Below are positions 1-9,605 of a DNA stretch of 64,000 nt, piece by piece. The notes below the pieces were generated by a model. That model worked only from the letters and a program-made list of their open reading frames with translations, did no database searches and was not told the origin of the DNA. Location of the stretch: the IMG/VR virus record IMGVR_UViG_3300028175_000001, one strand, 5' to 3'. Numbering within the stretch: position 1 is the stretch's first letter; every line of letters starts with the position of its first letter. The translations under genes were made by a program, and so were the position numbers. This stretch comes from a virus. Lineage: Duplodnaviria; Caudoviricetes.

Positions 1-1574
1 TTTGTCATATAATAATGAGAGTTTTTTCCATGTATCTTAACAAAAGCATCATGCATCGTAAAAATATAAGGTATGCATCTATCTTTCAGCAAATCGTAAA
101 ACCCACCAGTATGATTATGAAACACATCATATTTTTCTAAATCATTTTGTGTTACATCATCTAACCATTTTAAACTTACTTCATGCCCTCTACTTCGAGC
201 AATTCTCATATATTGATAAATCACTTCTTCTAATCCCCCATATCCTTTGGGGGGAATGTCAAGACCACATCCAACATGTATTTGCATTATTTTTAAATGA
301 TCTTCATGGACTTTTTCTTTTTCTTTTTCTAATGTATCACGCACCTGTATATTTTGTGTAGACAAAATAATTTCAGGAATTTCTATTATTCGATGACTAT
401 TAGAAATAAGATGGATTCGATTGTCTTGAGAATACCAAAAAACATTTCTATTATCTGCCGTAATAACGTCTTTTATGTTTTCAATATTGTTAGACGGTAT
501 ACGATTGTTTTCATGTAAATGCGTATTATCTGAAAAAAAACTTAATTCATGATTCGATACAGGTAATTTAGATATAATATTTGATATTGTTATTGGAGTA
601 TCATTTAAATTTATTTTAACAAAAAAATAAGAAATGTTTTTCAGGTACTTATCAAAAACTATGTCATGATCGAAAAACAGATGTCTTACTTTTGATGTTT
701 GTTCTTGATTATAATCAAAATTCAAAAAACTTACATGTTTTCTTTCTGTTTCATAATTTAATTTACTTAAATAAGTAGATTCTGCTAAATCATAGATATC
801 ATCAAAATACTTAATATTTCTAGGATATTCTAAAATGAAATTCTTTCTTTCTTCCTTTTCGTTTATAACTAATTGTGCTTCGCCACGAGGATTCCAATTT
901 CTAAAATTTTCAGATTCTCCGTGTTCTCTTGCAAGATACGTTGTTCTGGGTATAGTCAACCATTTTCCATATCTCTCTAAATTCAATAACCATTGACCAT
1001 CATTTGATAAACAAATATCACTGTCTTTGTGTTCAGGAAAACGTAATGCTGGTAGATTTTTAAATATTCTTAAATATCCAAAAATATTTGATCGCTGAGG
1101 CCATAACTTTTCAAATCCTTCTAAAAAAGAGTTATTGTCTCTTGACATATACACGTTGTCTTTAAAATTATCAAAAATATTATTTGAATTTTTAGGCAAA
1201 ACATCATGATATTTGTTTGCATTAAAATGGAGCAATACAGCTTCTGGAAACAAGTTAAAATAATGAATTATTTTTTCAAAAGTTCTCGGTAAAATTATAT
1301 CATCAGCATCTAAATGACATACAATGTCGCCAACAGCGGGGATTTGGGGATTCCACCATATTTCTTTCTTGTGTTTGGGCTCGACGATTCTTATTCTACT
1401 ATCTGTTCTTTTTAATTTTTCCATTACCGAACGGGTGTTATCAACAGAAAAATCATCAACAAGAATCCACTCCCAATGATCATAATTTTGATAAAAAACC
1501 GAACCCGCTAATTCATCTAAATAAAATTCAGCATTATAACAGGAAGTCACAAGTGATAATTTAAAATTCTTCAT
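1..1574 (-). CDS. GT2 + GT4 fusion glycosyltransferase, 3' end beyond the window (absent from the ORF track)
   Basis: Manual translation from ATG 1574, which overlaps the upstream stop, is open to base 1. N-term MKNFKLSLVTSCYNAEFYLDEL..WEWILVDDFSVD..HLDADD is GT-A/GT2. Later KIMQIHVGCGLDIPPKGYGGLEEVIYQY is the start of a GT-B/GT4 domain. Confidence 0.85.
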   Translation of the reverse strand, partial: MKNFKLSLVTSCYNAEFYLDELAGSVFYQNYDHWEWILVDDFSVDNTRSVMEKLKRTDSRIRIVEPKHKKEIWWNPQIPAVGDIVCHLDADDIILPRTFEKIIHYFNLFPEAVLLHFNANKYHDVLPKNSNNIFDNFKDNVYMSRDNNSFLEGFEKLWPQRSNIFGYLRIFKNLPALRFPEHKDSDICLSNDGQWLLNLERYGKWLTIPRTTYLAREHGESENFRNWNPRGEAQLVINEKEERKNFILEYPRNIKYFDDIYDLAESTYLSKLNYETERKHVSFLNFDYNQEQTSKVRHLFFDHDIVFDKYLKNISYFFVKINLNDTPITISNIISKLPVSNHELSFFSDNTHLHENNRIPSNNIENIKDVITADNRNVFWYSQDNRIHLISNSHRIIEIPEIILSTQNIQVRDTLEKEKEKVHEDHLKIMQIHVGCGLDIPPKGYGGLEEVIYQYMRIARSRGHEVSLKWLDDVTQNDLEKYDVFHNHTGGFYDLLKDRCIPYIFTMHDAFVKIHGKNSHYYMT

Positions 1575-4224
1575 GGGTTGTCTCTATATCTTCATTATGT
1601 AATAAAGTAGTCCCATCCTTAAAAGAATTATCTAAATATGACTCTCCAGAACATTGAATTGAGATTGGCGATTTAACTATACCACATTTCTTATCATTAA
1701 AAATATTATTATTTAACCATAAATCATAAGTATCCCATTTTGCAGTTTTCAATTGTTTTTTAAAATAAGTTCTTCTAGTTTCGTCTGTGGAAAGTAAATA
1801 ACAATGCGCTTCAGACATTCTATCTGTTACACCGAAAAATTCATAATTTTCATGTTCCCAATCAGGAATTCTTTTTCCGAAAGACATATAATATAAATTA
1901 TGCTGATTCATATCATCTAACCGGTCCATAATTGATCTATGAACTTCGTGTACTGGTTTTATAAAAATAGCATCACATTCACAAAATAAAACGGCATCAA
2001 AGTCTTCATTTAAATGTTCATTTATAGCAGATTTGTGAGCAGAAAAATTACCATAATGAGCAGGTGTTAATTTATATTCGCCCGATTTCATTTGCACATC
2101 ATTTGGTCTAGCACATGTTTTTTTCGGGGGAAAATTTTCATATAAAGGATTCACCATTTGCACATATGACCAATCTGAATATTCAGATAATTTTTTAAGA
2201 TGTGTTATTGATTTTTTTTCTCTTTCTGAATCCACATCAACAAGCATATGAACTATTTTTATTTTTGGACGTCTTATTGCCCACAAATTACCCAATTCGC
2301 CATTAGTTGTTACTTGAGAATCAGCAATAACTTGATATCCCAAACTTTCTAATCTCGTTATAAAATTAGTTGCATGAAGTTTCATTTCACCCTCAACACC
2401 AAACGGATGTGCTTCCATAGAAAGTTTTCTCAATTTATATTTAAAAAAATCATCATGAATCACTGGTAATATGTCCCATTCTGCCCCTTCACAATCCAAT
2501 TTTAACGCATCTATTCTATCAATACTATTATTTTTCATAAATTGTTCAAACGTAACACAATCAACAATTTCTTTTTTTATTACTCCCTGATTTTCTGTAT
2601 TCTTTGCGCTATTATTAAAATTATCATAAAAAGAATTACATGAACTGGATCCAATAGTAATAAATTCTCTACTGTTATTATCAAAAGAAATTGCTAAATT
2701 GTGTTTTTCAATATTTCTATATTCTCCCAAATTTTTACATAAAATATCAAATGTTGTTTTAGTGGGTTCAATTGTGTGAATATGCGAAACTCCTTGATTT
2801 AAAGCATACATATCAAAAAAACCATAATGACCACCAATATCAATTACAGTATCCCCTTCTGTCAAATTTAATTTTTTATAATACTGTAATATCAAAGTTT
2901 CATAAAAAGTATACCAGGAAGAAGGATCGTCCGCTATTCCATGAAAATGTTTATTTTTTCCGAGAATTTTAATATCAACTTCTGATTTAAGTGGAAATGT
3001 TTTTTCATATAAAAGATGATGATTATCTAACAAATTCACATCACTTAAATTAGAATAATAATCTTTAGGAGCATCAAATATCTTTACTATAAACCCGTTA
3101 ACTACATCTTTTCCGCAATGCGGCTGACACCACATTGAGTTTGTTAAAATGTGTGATCTATAGGCTAATAACCCAGTATCTATTTCATATAAGCACAACA
3201 ATTTCTCATGAAAACATTCATATAAGCTTAAAAAATGAAAAGTTATTTTGGTATCTTCAATCGAACAACTTACAAGACGATCACTAATGTTCAGTAGTCT
3301 AGACATTTTAATTAAATTAATATTCAAATCATCAGAAAGCCAAGTAACTTTTTCGTCATATTTGTCAATATAAGTGTCAAGTTTATGTGCTAATACAGGT
3401 ATATTCCAAGACAAAGCTTCTTTCACAACTAATGGATTCGTTTCTTTATCAAAACTAGTTCCCTTAGACGTAAATAAAAATAAATCCATACATGAATAAA
3501 ATTTTTCTACATCAGACCTTTCCCCCCAAACTATACAATTATCGGGCAAGTTTTTTGTTAAAGGTTCCCAATATTCTTTAAAGTTTTCCGCAAGATTCCC
3601 TACAAAATGAAATTGTACGTCAGGCAAAAGTTTAGCGTATTCAATAATTTCCACTTGATTTTTTCTTGATGTCCATAATCCAACATTTAATACATGTTTC
3701 AATGCAGGATCAACACCTAATTCTCTCAATGCAACATCTCTTTCTTTTTCTGATGTTTTTTTATCGACGGGATACTCTATAACACATGCAGGAACATCTA
3801 TTGATCTAAATTTTATTAGTTGATTATCACTACAAAATAAAAATTTATCTGGAAAAAATTTCTTTGACGAAGGATCGAAGGAAGAATCATGAGATGTTTC
3901 AAAAATCAAATAATTTCTATTTTTCTTATAAATTTTTTCAGCTATTTTATCATCCACGAAAAATTCAGGCATTTCTTCAAAATGAATAATGTCGGGTTTT
4001 ATTTTATCTAAATATGTTAAAATATCAGATTTATCATCGGACAAAGTTATTAACTGATCATTTAGAATGTTTAATATTTTATCTTTTTGAACTCTATAAG
4101 ACCCATAATCATTATACTCTATTACATAAATATCATTATCATTGTATAATAATTCGATTTTTTTAAGAAGATATTGGGGGGCTCCGCCCGTAGATAAATG
4201 AGGAGTAATATATAAAATTTTCAT
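1561..4224 (-). CDS. Tri-domain protein: GT4 glycosyltransferase + FkbM-type SAM methyltransferase + C-terminal GT-A-like domain
   Basis: MKILYITPHLSTGGA..RKNQ..ETNPLVVKEALS (GT4); VIDIGGHYGFF..IEP..LKLDCEGAE (FkbM); VLFCECDAIF (DxD-like). Confidence 0.85.
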   Translation of the reverse strand: MKILYITPHLSTGGAPQYLLKKIELLYNDNDIYVIEYNDYGSYRVQKDKILNILNDQLITLSDDKSDILTYLDKIKPDIIHFEEMPEFFVDDKIAEKIYKKNRNYLIFETSHDSSFDPSSKKFFPDKFLFCSDNQLIKFRSIDVPACVIEYPVDKKTSEKERDVALRELGVDPALKHVLNVGLWTSRKNQVEIIEYAKLLPDVQFHFVGNLAENFKEYWEPLTKNLPDNCIVWGERSDVEKFYSCMDLFLFTSKGTSFDKETNPLVVKEALSWNIPVLAHKLDTYIDKYDEKVTWLSDDLNINLIKMSRLLNISDRLVSCSIEDTKITFHFLSLYECFHEKLLCLYEIDTGLLAYRSHILTNSMWCQPHCGKDVVNGFIVKIFDAPKDYYSNLSDVNLLDNHHLLYEKTFPLKSEVDIKILGKNKHFHGIADDPSSWYTFYETLILQYYKKLNLTEGDTVIDIGGHYGFFDMYALNQGVSHIHTIEPTKTTFDILCKNLGEYRNIEKHNLAISFDNNSREFITIGSSSCNSFYDNFNNSAKNTENQGVIKKEIVDCVTFEQFMKNNSIDRIDALKLDCEGAEWDILPVIHDDFFKYKLRKLSMEAHPFGVEGEMKLHATNFITRLESLGYQVIADSQVTTNGELGNLWAIRRPKIKIVHMLVDVDSEREKKSITHLKKLSEYSDWSYVQMVNPLYENFPPKKTCARPNDVQMKSGEYKLTPAHYGNFSAHKSAINEHLNEDFDAVLFCECDAIFIKPVHEVHRSIMDRLDDMNQHNLYYMSFGKRIPDWEHENYEFFGVTDRMSEAHCYLLSTDETRRTYFKKQLKTAKWDTYDLWLNNNIFNDKKCGIVKSPISIQCSGESYLDNSFKDGTTLLHNEDIETTHEEF

Positions 4225-4248
4225 AAACGATTTTAATTATTAACTAAA

Positions 4249-4262
4249 TATAAATATAAATA
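4249..4262 (+). promoter_or_regulatory. T4-type late promoter (two overlapping TATAAATA)
   Basis: TATAAATA at 4249-4256 and 4255-4262, in the intergenic gap upstream of the virion-like ORF 4315. The motif is AT-rich and common by chance, so context carries the call. Confidence 0.6.
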
Positions 4263-4275
4263 ACAACTATTATAT

Positions 4276-4304
4276 AGTTTACACTATTTTGAACTTTTTG
4301 TCAA
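4276..4304 (-). promoter_or_regulatory. sigma70-type promoter for the GT fusion genes
   Basis: Minus strand TTGACA (4304-4299), 17 nt spacer, TAAACT (4281-4276), upstream of ORF start 4224. Confidence 0.6.
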
Positions 4305-4314
4305 TGGATTAATT

Positions 4315-5280
4315 ATGACACAATACAGACACTTATATTGGGATGCAGTAAACAAAGACCTACGACAATATTCTGATACCGAACTAGAAATTCTTAGTTA
4401 TTTTCTAAGAAAAAGATATGCGGCTCTTCTAGATGCAGGTACAGGGTATCCAGGCGAAGTAAAAACTTCAGGATCATCTCCTTTTGTTTCCATAGGAACA
4501 GCTACTAATGGATATAGAATATCCGGAAGCATGACCGAACCAGATGACACAGGCAATTATCAAGGCGCAGAACCAGACACGATAATTGGCCAACCGGATC
4601 AAACAACTTTCACATCTTCATCCGTAACATTTTATCAAAATATGAACCATTCTACAGCGGCCCCCAGTTCAGCAACCATAAACAATTCTGGATTATTATA
4701 TTGGACCTCTCCGGATTTAAAAATAGGCCCAACCACAGAAACAGATCTTCGAGATACGCTTGCTACTCACTGCCTTCAACAAATGCAAACAGGTGATGAA
4801 GTTGGATCTTATAGAGTTGCAGTATCTAATCCAGGAGGCGGAACCTGGTCTGATAAAGGAGCATTTTTTACTGATACAATATACGCTAGTAGTCCTTATG
4901 GTGCATATAAACTATGGTTAAAAACAGCAAATACTACTGAACCATCAACTCCAGATAATTATACTAGATGGGACGGCACTAATAACGAAATACAATTAGA
5001 ATCTAGCACTTCTTATGATGCTACAGCTAAATTAATAAATGATGTTTATTTAAACATAATTGCAAGAAGACATCTCGTATATAATGTTGCAACTTCAATT
5101 GTTGGAACAAATAAAGGAACTTTTTACGATAAAAAATATCAAAGCACGACTGATACATTAACTGGACCATCAGGGACACCCTCGATTTATACCAGAACAT
5201 GGACACCTTCAGGAGCCATAATTGATTCCAGCGGACCCTATTATTTTACTACAAACGGCGAAAGAACACCAACACCATAA
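4315..5280 (+). CDS. Putative virion structural protein, Thr/Ser/Gly-rich
   Basis: 321 aa T/S/G/P-rich ORF with loosely repeated LYW/RW segments, a late promoter upstream and visibly higher GC than its flanks. Confidence 0.55.
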   Translation: MTQYRHLYWDAVNKDLRQYSDTELEILSYFLRKRYAALLDAGTGYPGEVKTSGSSPFVSIGTATNGYRISGSMTEPDDTGNYQGAEPDTIIGQPDQTTFTSSSVTFYQNMNHSTAAPSSATINNSGLLYWTSPDLKIGPTTETDLRDTLATHCLQQMQTGDEVGSYRVAVSNPGGGTWSDKGAFFTDTIYASSPYGAYKLWLKTANTTEPSTPDNYTRWDGTNNEIQLESSTSYDATAKLINDVYLNIIARRHLVYNVATSIVGTNKGTFYDKKYQSTTDTLTGPSGTPSIYTRTWTPSGAIIDSSGPYYFTTNGERTPTP

Positions 5281-5291
5281 AAGGAAACATA

Positions 5292-6104
5292 ATGATTACT
5301 CTTAACGAAGCATTTCATGCCTCTGATTACGAAACATGGTTAACATATTGGAGTCGATGCAAAGTCAATACAATTTTCCATAAATATCCAGATTATACAG
5401 CAGAAGATAATCCTGTATTAGTACGATTTAGAGAAATTCCCGATGGCGAAGATGTAGAAATACCTCATCCAGACATTGAAGTAAAACAAATCGAAACTCA
5501 TCTAGACACATATTGTTTCAAGACACTACTAAAAGCATTACCCGAAAATCACAGAAACAAAACTTTAGAGGGAATACAACTACAATCAGCAAATTTTCAT
5601 GACGCCATGGCTAAAAGAGAAAAAGATTTTGATGAATTTTTAGAATATAAACTAGCCGGTAATCTTAACATAGAAACTATTGATAACACAAAACCCATTT
5701 CATGGGAATCAATAAGAACTGCTTCAACAGAAGAATTGTTTCAAACAAAACTTGAAATATTTGAAACACAACCAGTTCAAGAAAGCGATAAAAAAGAATA
5801 TCGTTCTAATATTAGAAAAGCATCATCAATTATTGAAGCAATGCACTGGTACTATTTAATAGTCAATGATATTGAAATGTCCACGTCAGAAAAATCAGAA
5901 GAAAAAATTCCCGAAAATATAGATATACTACTTGCTGATATTTCTTCAGAAACACTATTTAAATATAAATTACAGCTTTTCGAAAAAGAAGAAATTCAAA
6001 ATAGCGAAAACAAAAAAGCTAGAAGCAAACTTAGAAAAGCAACTAATTTAATTGAACTATTTTCAGCTTATAATGAAGTGATATTATTAGATAAAAAAGA
6101 ATAA
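5292..6104 (+). CDS. Hypothetical phage protein with a duplicated ~55-aa C-terminal helical repeat
   Basis: TEELFQTKLEIFETQPVQESDKKEYRSNIRKASSIIE versus SETLFKYKLQLFEKEEIQNSENKKARSKLRKATNLIE; AAGGAA RBS upstream. Confidence 0.7.
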   Translation: MITLNEAFHASDYETWLTYWSRCKVNTIFHKYPDYTAEDNPVLVRFREIPDGEDVEIPHPDIEVKQIETHLDTYCFKTLLKALPENHRNKTLEGIQLQSANFHDAMAKREKDFDEFLEYKLAGNLNIETIDNTKPISWESIRTASTEELFQTKLEIFETQPVQESDKKEYRSNIRKASSIIEAMHWYYLIVNDIEMSTSEKSEEKIPENIDILLADISSETLFKYKLQLFEKEEIQNSENKKARSKLRKATNLIELFSAYNEVILLDKKE

Positions 6105-6733
6105 TCAATTTCTTCATTTTTAAAATGTACTATTTTAATATCATCATGAAACCCGTCCAAATAAACATATTCTCCTGGATACATTGCGTTTATTGAAGCA
6201 AGTTCTTTTAAATTTTTTTTATTACACATTCTAGTCACCCATGTTGATGGAAGATATTTCAATTTTAATTTTTTCTTTACTTGATCTTCTATGAAAAATT
6301 GTTCTCCATTAACTGGCCCTGTTGTTATTTTAAGGGTAATATAATATTGCGACCAATAATTAATATTGCCCATAAATTCATCATAAATGTATTTACAATC
6401 TTTCGGATAATACTTTTGAAATCCTCCGCATAATGAATAATTTTCATTCCAAGTATCTTTCCACCAAGATTTGGCTGTTAAAAATTCCCCTCTTTCTATA
6501 GGATAATCGATAGCTTTAGTGTAATCATTAATATAAAAAGTATCAATATCAATTACAAGAACCGGCTCATCAATATCCATATTCATGACTCGTAATTTAT
6601 TCCATTGTAAATCTACTCCAGGCAATTCATCTCTAATCCATGTAACATTCGATATTTTTGAATTAATATAATCTTCAACTCTTTGATCATATTTGTCACG
6701 TACTCTAACTGCAAATACTTTTGTTTTATTCAT
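6068..6733 (-). CDS. GT8-like (GT-A, DxD) phage glycosyltransferase
   Basis: KY..YI N-terminus, QWNKL, VLVIDID motif; paralogous to 9039 and 10829. Confidence 0.6.
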   Translation of the reverse strand: MNKTKVFAVRVRDKYDQRVEDYINSKISNVTWIRDELPGVDLQWNKLRVMNMDIDEPVLVIDIDTFYINDYTKAIDYPIERGEFLTAKSWWKDTWNENYSLCGGFQKYYPKDCKYIYDEFMGNINYWSQYYITLKITTGPVNGEQFFIEDQVKKKLKLKYLPSTWVTRMCNKKNLKELASINAMYPGEYVYLDGFHDDIKIVHFKNEEIDYSFLSNNITSL

Positions 6734-7602
6734 TCAGATTTTTTAATCATATTAAAATAATTATAAACAACACGTTCTCTTGCAACTTCTCTATATTCCC
6801 ATTCAATTTCGGGAATCCACAAACCAGCAGATGAAGCAGATTTTTCTAAAAACCAATGATGGTGATATAAAAAAATTTTTGGATCTTTATATTGTTTTTT
6901 AACTCTTTCAGTTCCAGCATATTCATTATCTCTAAATCCTTCACCGGGAATGTTTACGTTCAATAAAAATTCCCTATTCCAAATAGTCGGTTGATGACAT
7001 AACAAAAACCCCCCATCTTTTTTAGCCTTTAAAATTTTTTTATTTTGTATATAATGGTCTGTTTCTTCGTATTCATCTAAAACATAAGGAGAAGTAAGTC
7101 GGTGTAATCTCAAACCATTCACATCATTGAATCGTACAAAATTTAATAATTTATTAAATAATATTGCATCAATTTGCTTAAATGGCCACTGGTCTTCTTG
7201 CATGTATAAAACATATTTTGTTTGAACCGAGTTTAAAGCAGTTATAAGTCTATCACTCCATCCTTCATCAATCTGTTTTGGTCCCCCATAAGTAGGCAAC
7301 CAATCTCGTTCTTCGATTCCCATATATTTTTTACTTTTACCCGTTTTAATCTGAAGGATTCTAGGATCATTAAAGGGCAATTCTATTTCTTCATTACAAA
7401 AATATATAGGCCAATCTAAATCCAAAAATCCAAAATGATCAAACATAGTATACCAACCATCCCAAAAATGACTGTATTCATCACACGTATGAATTATAAC
7501 ACTAATATTATTGAGAGGGAGCATCGTTCCAAATATTACAAAGTAAAATACGTTCTTTTGTTTCTGGTTTAGTGAAATCATATTCTCTAAAGAATTTATC
7601 AT
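6730..7602 (-). CDS. GT-A fold nucleotide-sugar transferase-like protein (likely start 7524)
   Basis: ISVIIHTCDEY..WSDRLITALNSVQTKYVLYMQEDQW..HQPTIWNREFL. Confidence 0.55.
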   Translation of the reverse strand: MINSLENMISLNQKQKNVFYFVIFGTMLPLNNISVIIHTCDEYSHFWDGWYTMFDHFGFLDLDWPIYFCNEEIELPFNDPRILQIKTGKSKKYMGIEERDWLPTYGGPKQIDEGWSDRLITALNSVQTKYVLYMQEDQWPFKQIDAILFNKLLNFVRFNDVNGLRLHRLTSPYVLDEYEETDHYIQNKKILKAKKDGGFLLCHQPTIWNREFLLNVNIPGEGFRDNEYAGTERVKKQYKDPKIFLYHHHWFLEKSASSAGLWIPEIEWEYREVARERVVYNYFNMIKKSE

Positions 7603-8599
7603 TCACATAAATTGTTATATTTTCAAGATCATCTTCAGAAAAAAAATCTGTTCTGTAACCCCAATCAGCACAAGTAAAAGAAGAATAATGAACATTATTT
7701 CTAAAAATAGAACAATTTATTTCTCCTTTTGGGGGCATAGCAAAAAACCTATATCCCCGATTTGGTTCATACCAAGCAAGACAGATCCAGGGATATTCGG
7801 CATCAGTATAAATTTTTTGTTTTTCGAAACCCGTTCTTTGAACAGATGTTTCAAGATCTTTTATCTCAACATTTTCTTCAAAGGAATCTTCCTGCTTATT
7901 CAGGTAAGATATACCCAACACATAACCCAATAACTCTTCACCTATATGAAGACCATGATTAATCATCATCTGTTTAAGATGCTGATCAGAATACATACTC
8001 AATCTACGATATAAAAAATTTACATTACACGACATAATTAATGTCATAATCTGCCAATGTCTAATTTTATCCCCAACATAGTGTTCACCATCAGGCGCAT
8101 TTAAATCTTCTGTTTCACGTTTATAAAATACTGCTTGTTTTCCTTGAGTTTCTATAATATCATAATTTTCTATTAATTCGTCATCAAATGGCAAAAATCC
8201 ATCATAATCAAATAAATGGATTACTTTTTTATTAAGCAATTTCGCATATGTAACCCCTGCGAGTAATAATCGTAAAACTGCAAATATTGTATTATTTTTA
8301 AAAAATTCTCTACTTGCAATATTAAAAATAGGAGACACGTTACCTTCATCATCAAGTTCATAAGCATAATGAATTAAATATCCTTTCAATTCAGGATCAT
8401 CGACCAACATATTATCTTTATCATAAATTGCATAATCTACTAATTCCTGAGTGTCTTTGTCAAGAGGCAAATGACTCGTAATCAAAACATCATACCCAAA
8501 AGATTTAAACTGTTTTATAAATTTATGACATACAGACTTTCTTTCTTCATCAGACAAATAAGCATGTATCAAAATTATTTCATTTGTTTTGTCTATCAT
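7508..8599 (-). CDS. Hypothetical protein, possibly GT-A-like
   Basis: 363 aa ORF tightly packed in the operon; HLFDYDGFL DxD-like motif. Confidence 0.5.
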   Translation of the reverse strand: MIDKTNEIILIHAYLSDEERKSVCHKFIKQFKSFGYDVLITSHLPLDKDTQELVDYAIYDKDNMLVDDPELKGYLIHYAYELDDEGNVSPIFNIASREFFKNNTIFAVLRLLLAGVTYAKLLNKKVIHLFDYDGFLPFDDELIENYDIIETQGKQAVFYKRETEDLNAPDGEHYVGDKIRHWQIMTLIMSCNVNFLYRRLSMYSDQHLKQMMINHGLHIGEELLGYVLGISYLNKQEDSFEENVEIKDLETSVQRTGFEKQKIYTDAEYPWICLAWYEPNRGYRFFAMPPKGEINCSIFRNNVHYSSFTCADWGYRTDFFSEDDLENITIYVNDKFFREYDFTKPETKERILLCNIWNDAPSQ

Positions 8600-8604
8600 A
8601 TGTT

Positions 8605-9075
8605 TTAAATGTTATTTTGTTGCATTATCCACCCAACTAAAGAATATTTTATTCCTTTTAAAACAGGCTTTACTCTATGTTCTAATTTCGAATCAAACCT
8701 AAGACAATCTCCCACACTCAATTCTATGGAATCACTGTCTTTAATTTCAAAAGATCCTCCTCGATATTCAGCATTTAAAGGTATAACACATGTTTCTATT
8801 CTTTTACAAGTTGACCGAGCAGTATCAAAATCGTTATGCCAATGATAATAATTTAACTTAGAATATTCTGAAAACTGAAATACCATATTAGAACTATTAA
8901 ATTTTTTTTCCAATTCAAAATCATTTAACCAAATAAAAACCTTAGATCTTCTTTCATCAGAAAATTCACTATTTACAACTCTAGCAAAACGAACCTTTTT
9001 TCTACAAGATACGATAAGATCAAAACATTCTTCTTTTGTCAATAAGTTTCTAATAATCTGTATTTTTTTGTCCAT
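8605..9075 (-). CDS. 2OG-Fe(II) oxygenase (P4H/PKHD-like)
   Basis: HWHND (HxD), YRGGSF, FDSKLEHRVKPVLKGIKYSLVGW (distal His; the usual Arg position is Lys). Confidence 0.85.
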   Translation of the reverse strand: MDKKIQIIRNLLTKEECFDLIVSCRKKVRFARVVNSEFSDERRSKVFIWLNDFELEKKFNSSNMVFQFSEYSKLNYYHWHNDFDTARSTCKRIETCVIPLNAEYRGGSFEIKDSDSIELSVGDCLRFDSKLEHRVKPVLKGIKYSLVGWIMQQNNI

Positions 9076-9605
9076 TCTTCTGTTTTCATTGCAGGCGCAA
9101 AATCATGATTAAATAAACAAATTGAATGTTCCAATTCGTCTCTATTCCAAGGATAAGACCAACACACTTTATCATAAATTTTATAATCTATTTCTCTGTA
9201 AATATATTCATCGATGCCTTTCCAATATTTTACTCTGCTATAATCTTCATCTTCATAAAATTTATCATAAATATGAACATGATTTCCCTTCCACGACATT
9301 ATTGAAGAGTTTAAAGGGGTATGAAGCGAATCTCTCCACCAGGCAGTAAGAAGAGTAAAATCGTCTTTAATTAAATGAGATATGGGACCCTTAATAATTA
9401 TATCTAAATCGAAATATAAATAATTTACATCATTAACACATTCTTTAAACATTTGCAATTTATCAAAAACAGCACCTTCTCCATCTCTTATTATATAAAC
9501 GTTTTCATATTTCAATTTTCCATGTTCACGAATCATATGAAGAATATTATCAACATACCACTCATCATATTTATTTCCCGTACATACGAGAACAACGGTT
9601 ACCAT
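9039..9605 (-). CDS. GT8-like phage glycosyltransferase
   Basis: VVLVCTGNKYDEWYV..FDKLQMF..YLYFDLDIII..LNSSIMSW. Confidence 0.65.
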   Translation of the reverse strand: MVTVVLVCTGNKYDEWYVDNILHMIREHGKLKYENVYIIRDGEGAVFDKLQMFKECVNDVNYLYFDLDIIIKGPISHLIKDDFTLLTAWWRDSLHTPLNSSIMSWKGNHVHIYDKFYEDEDYSRVKYWKGIDEYIYREIDYKIYDKVCWSYPWNRDELEHSICLFNHDFAPAMKTEEWTKKYRLLETY

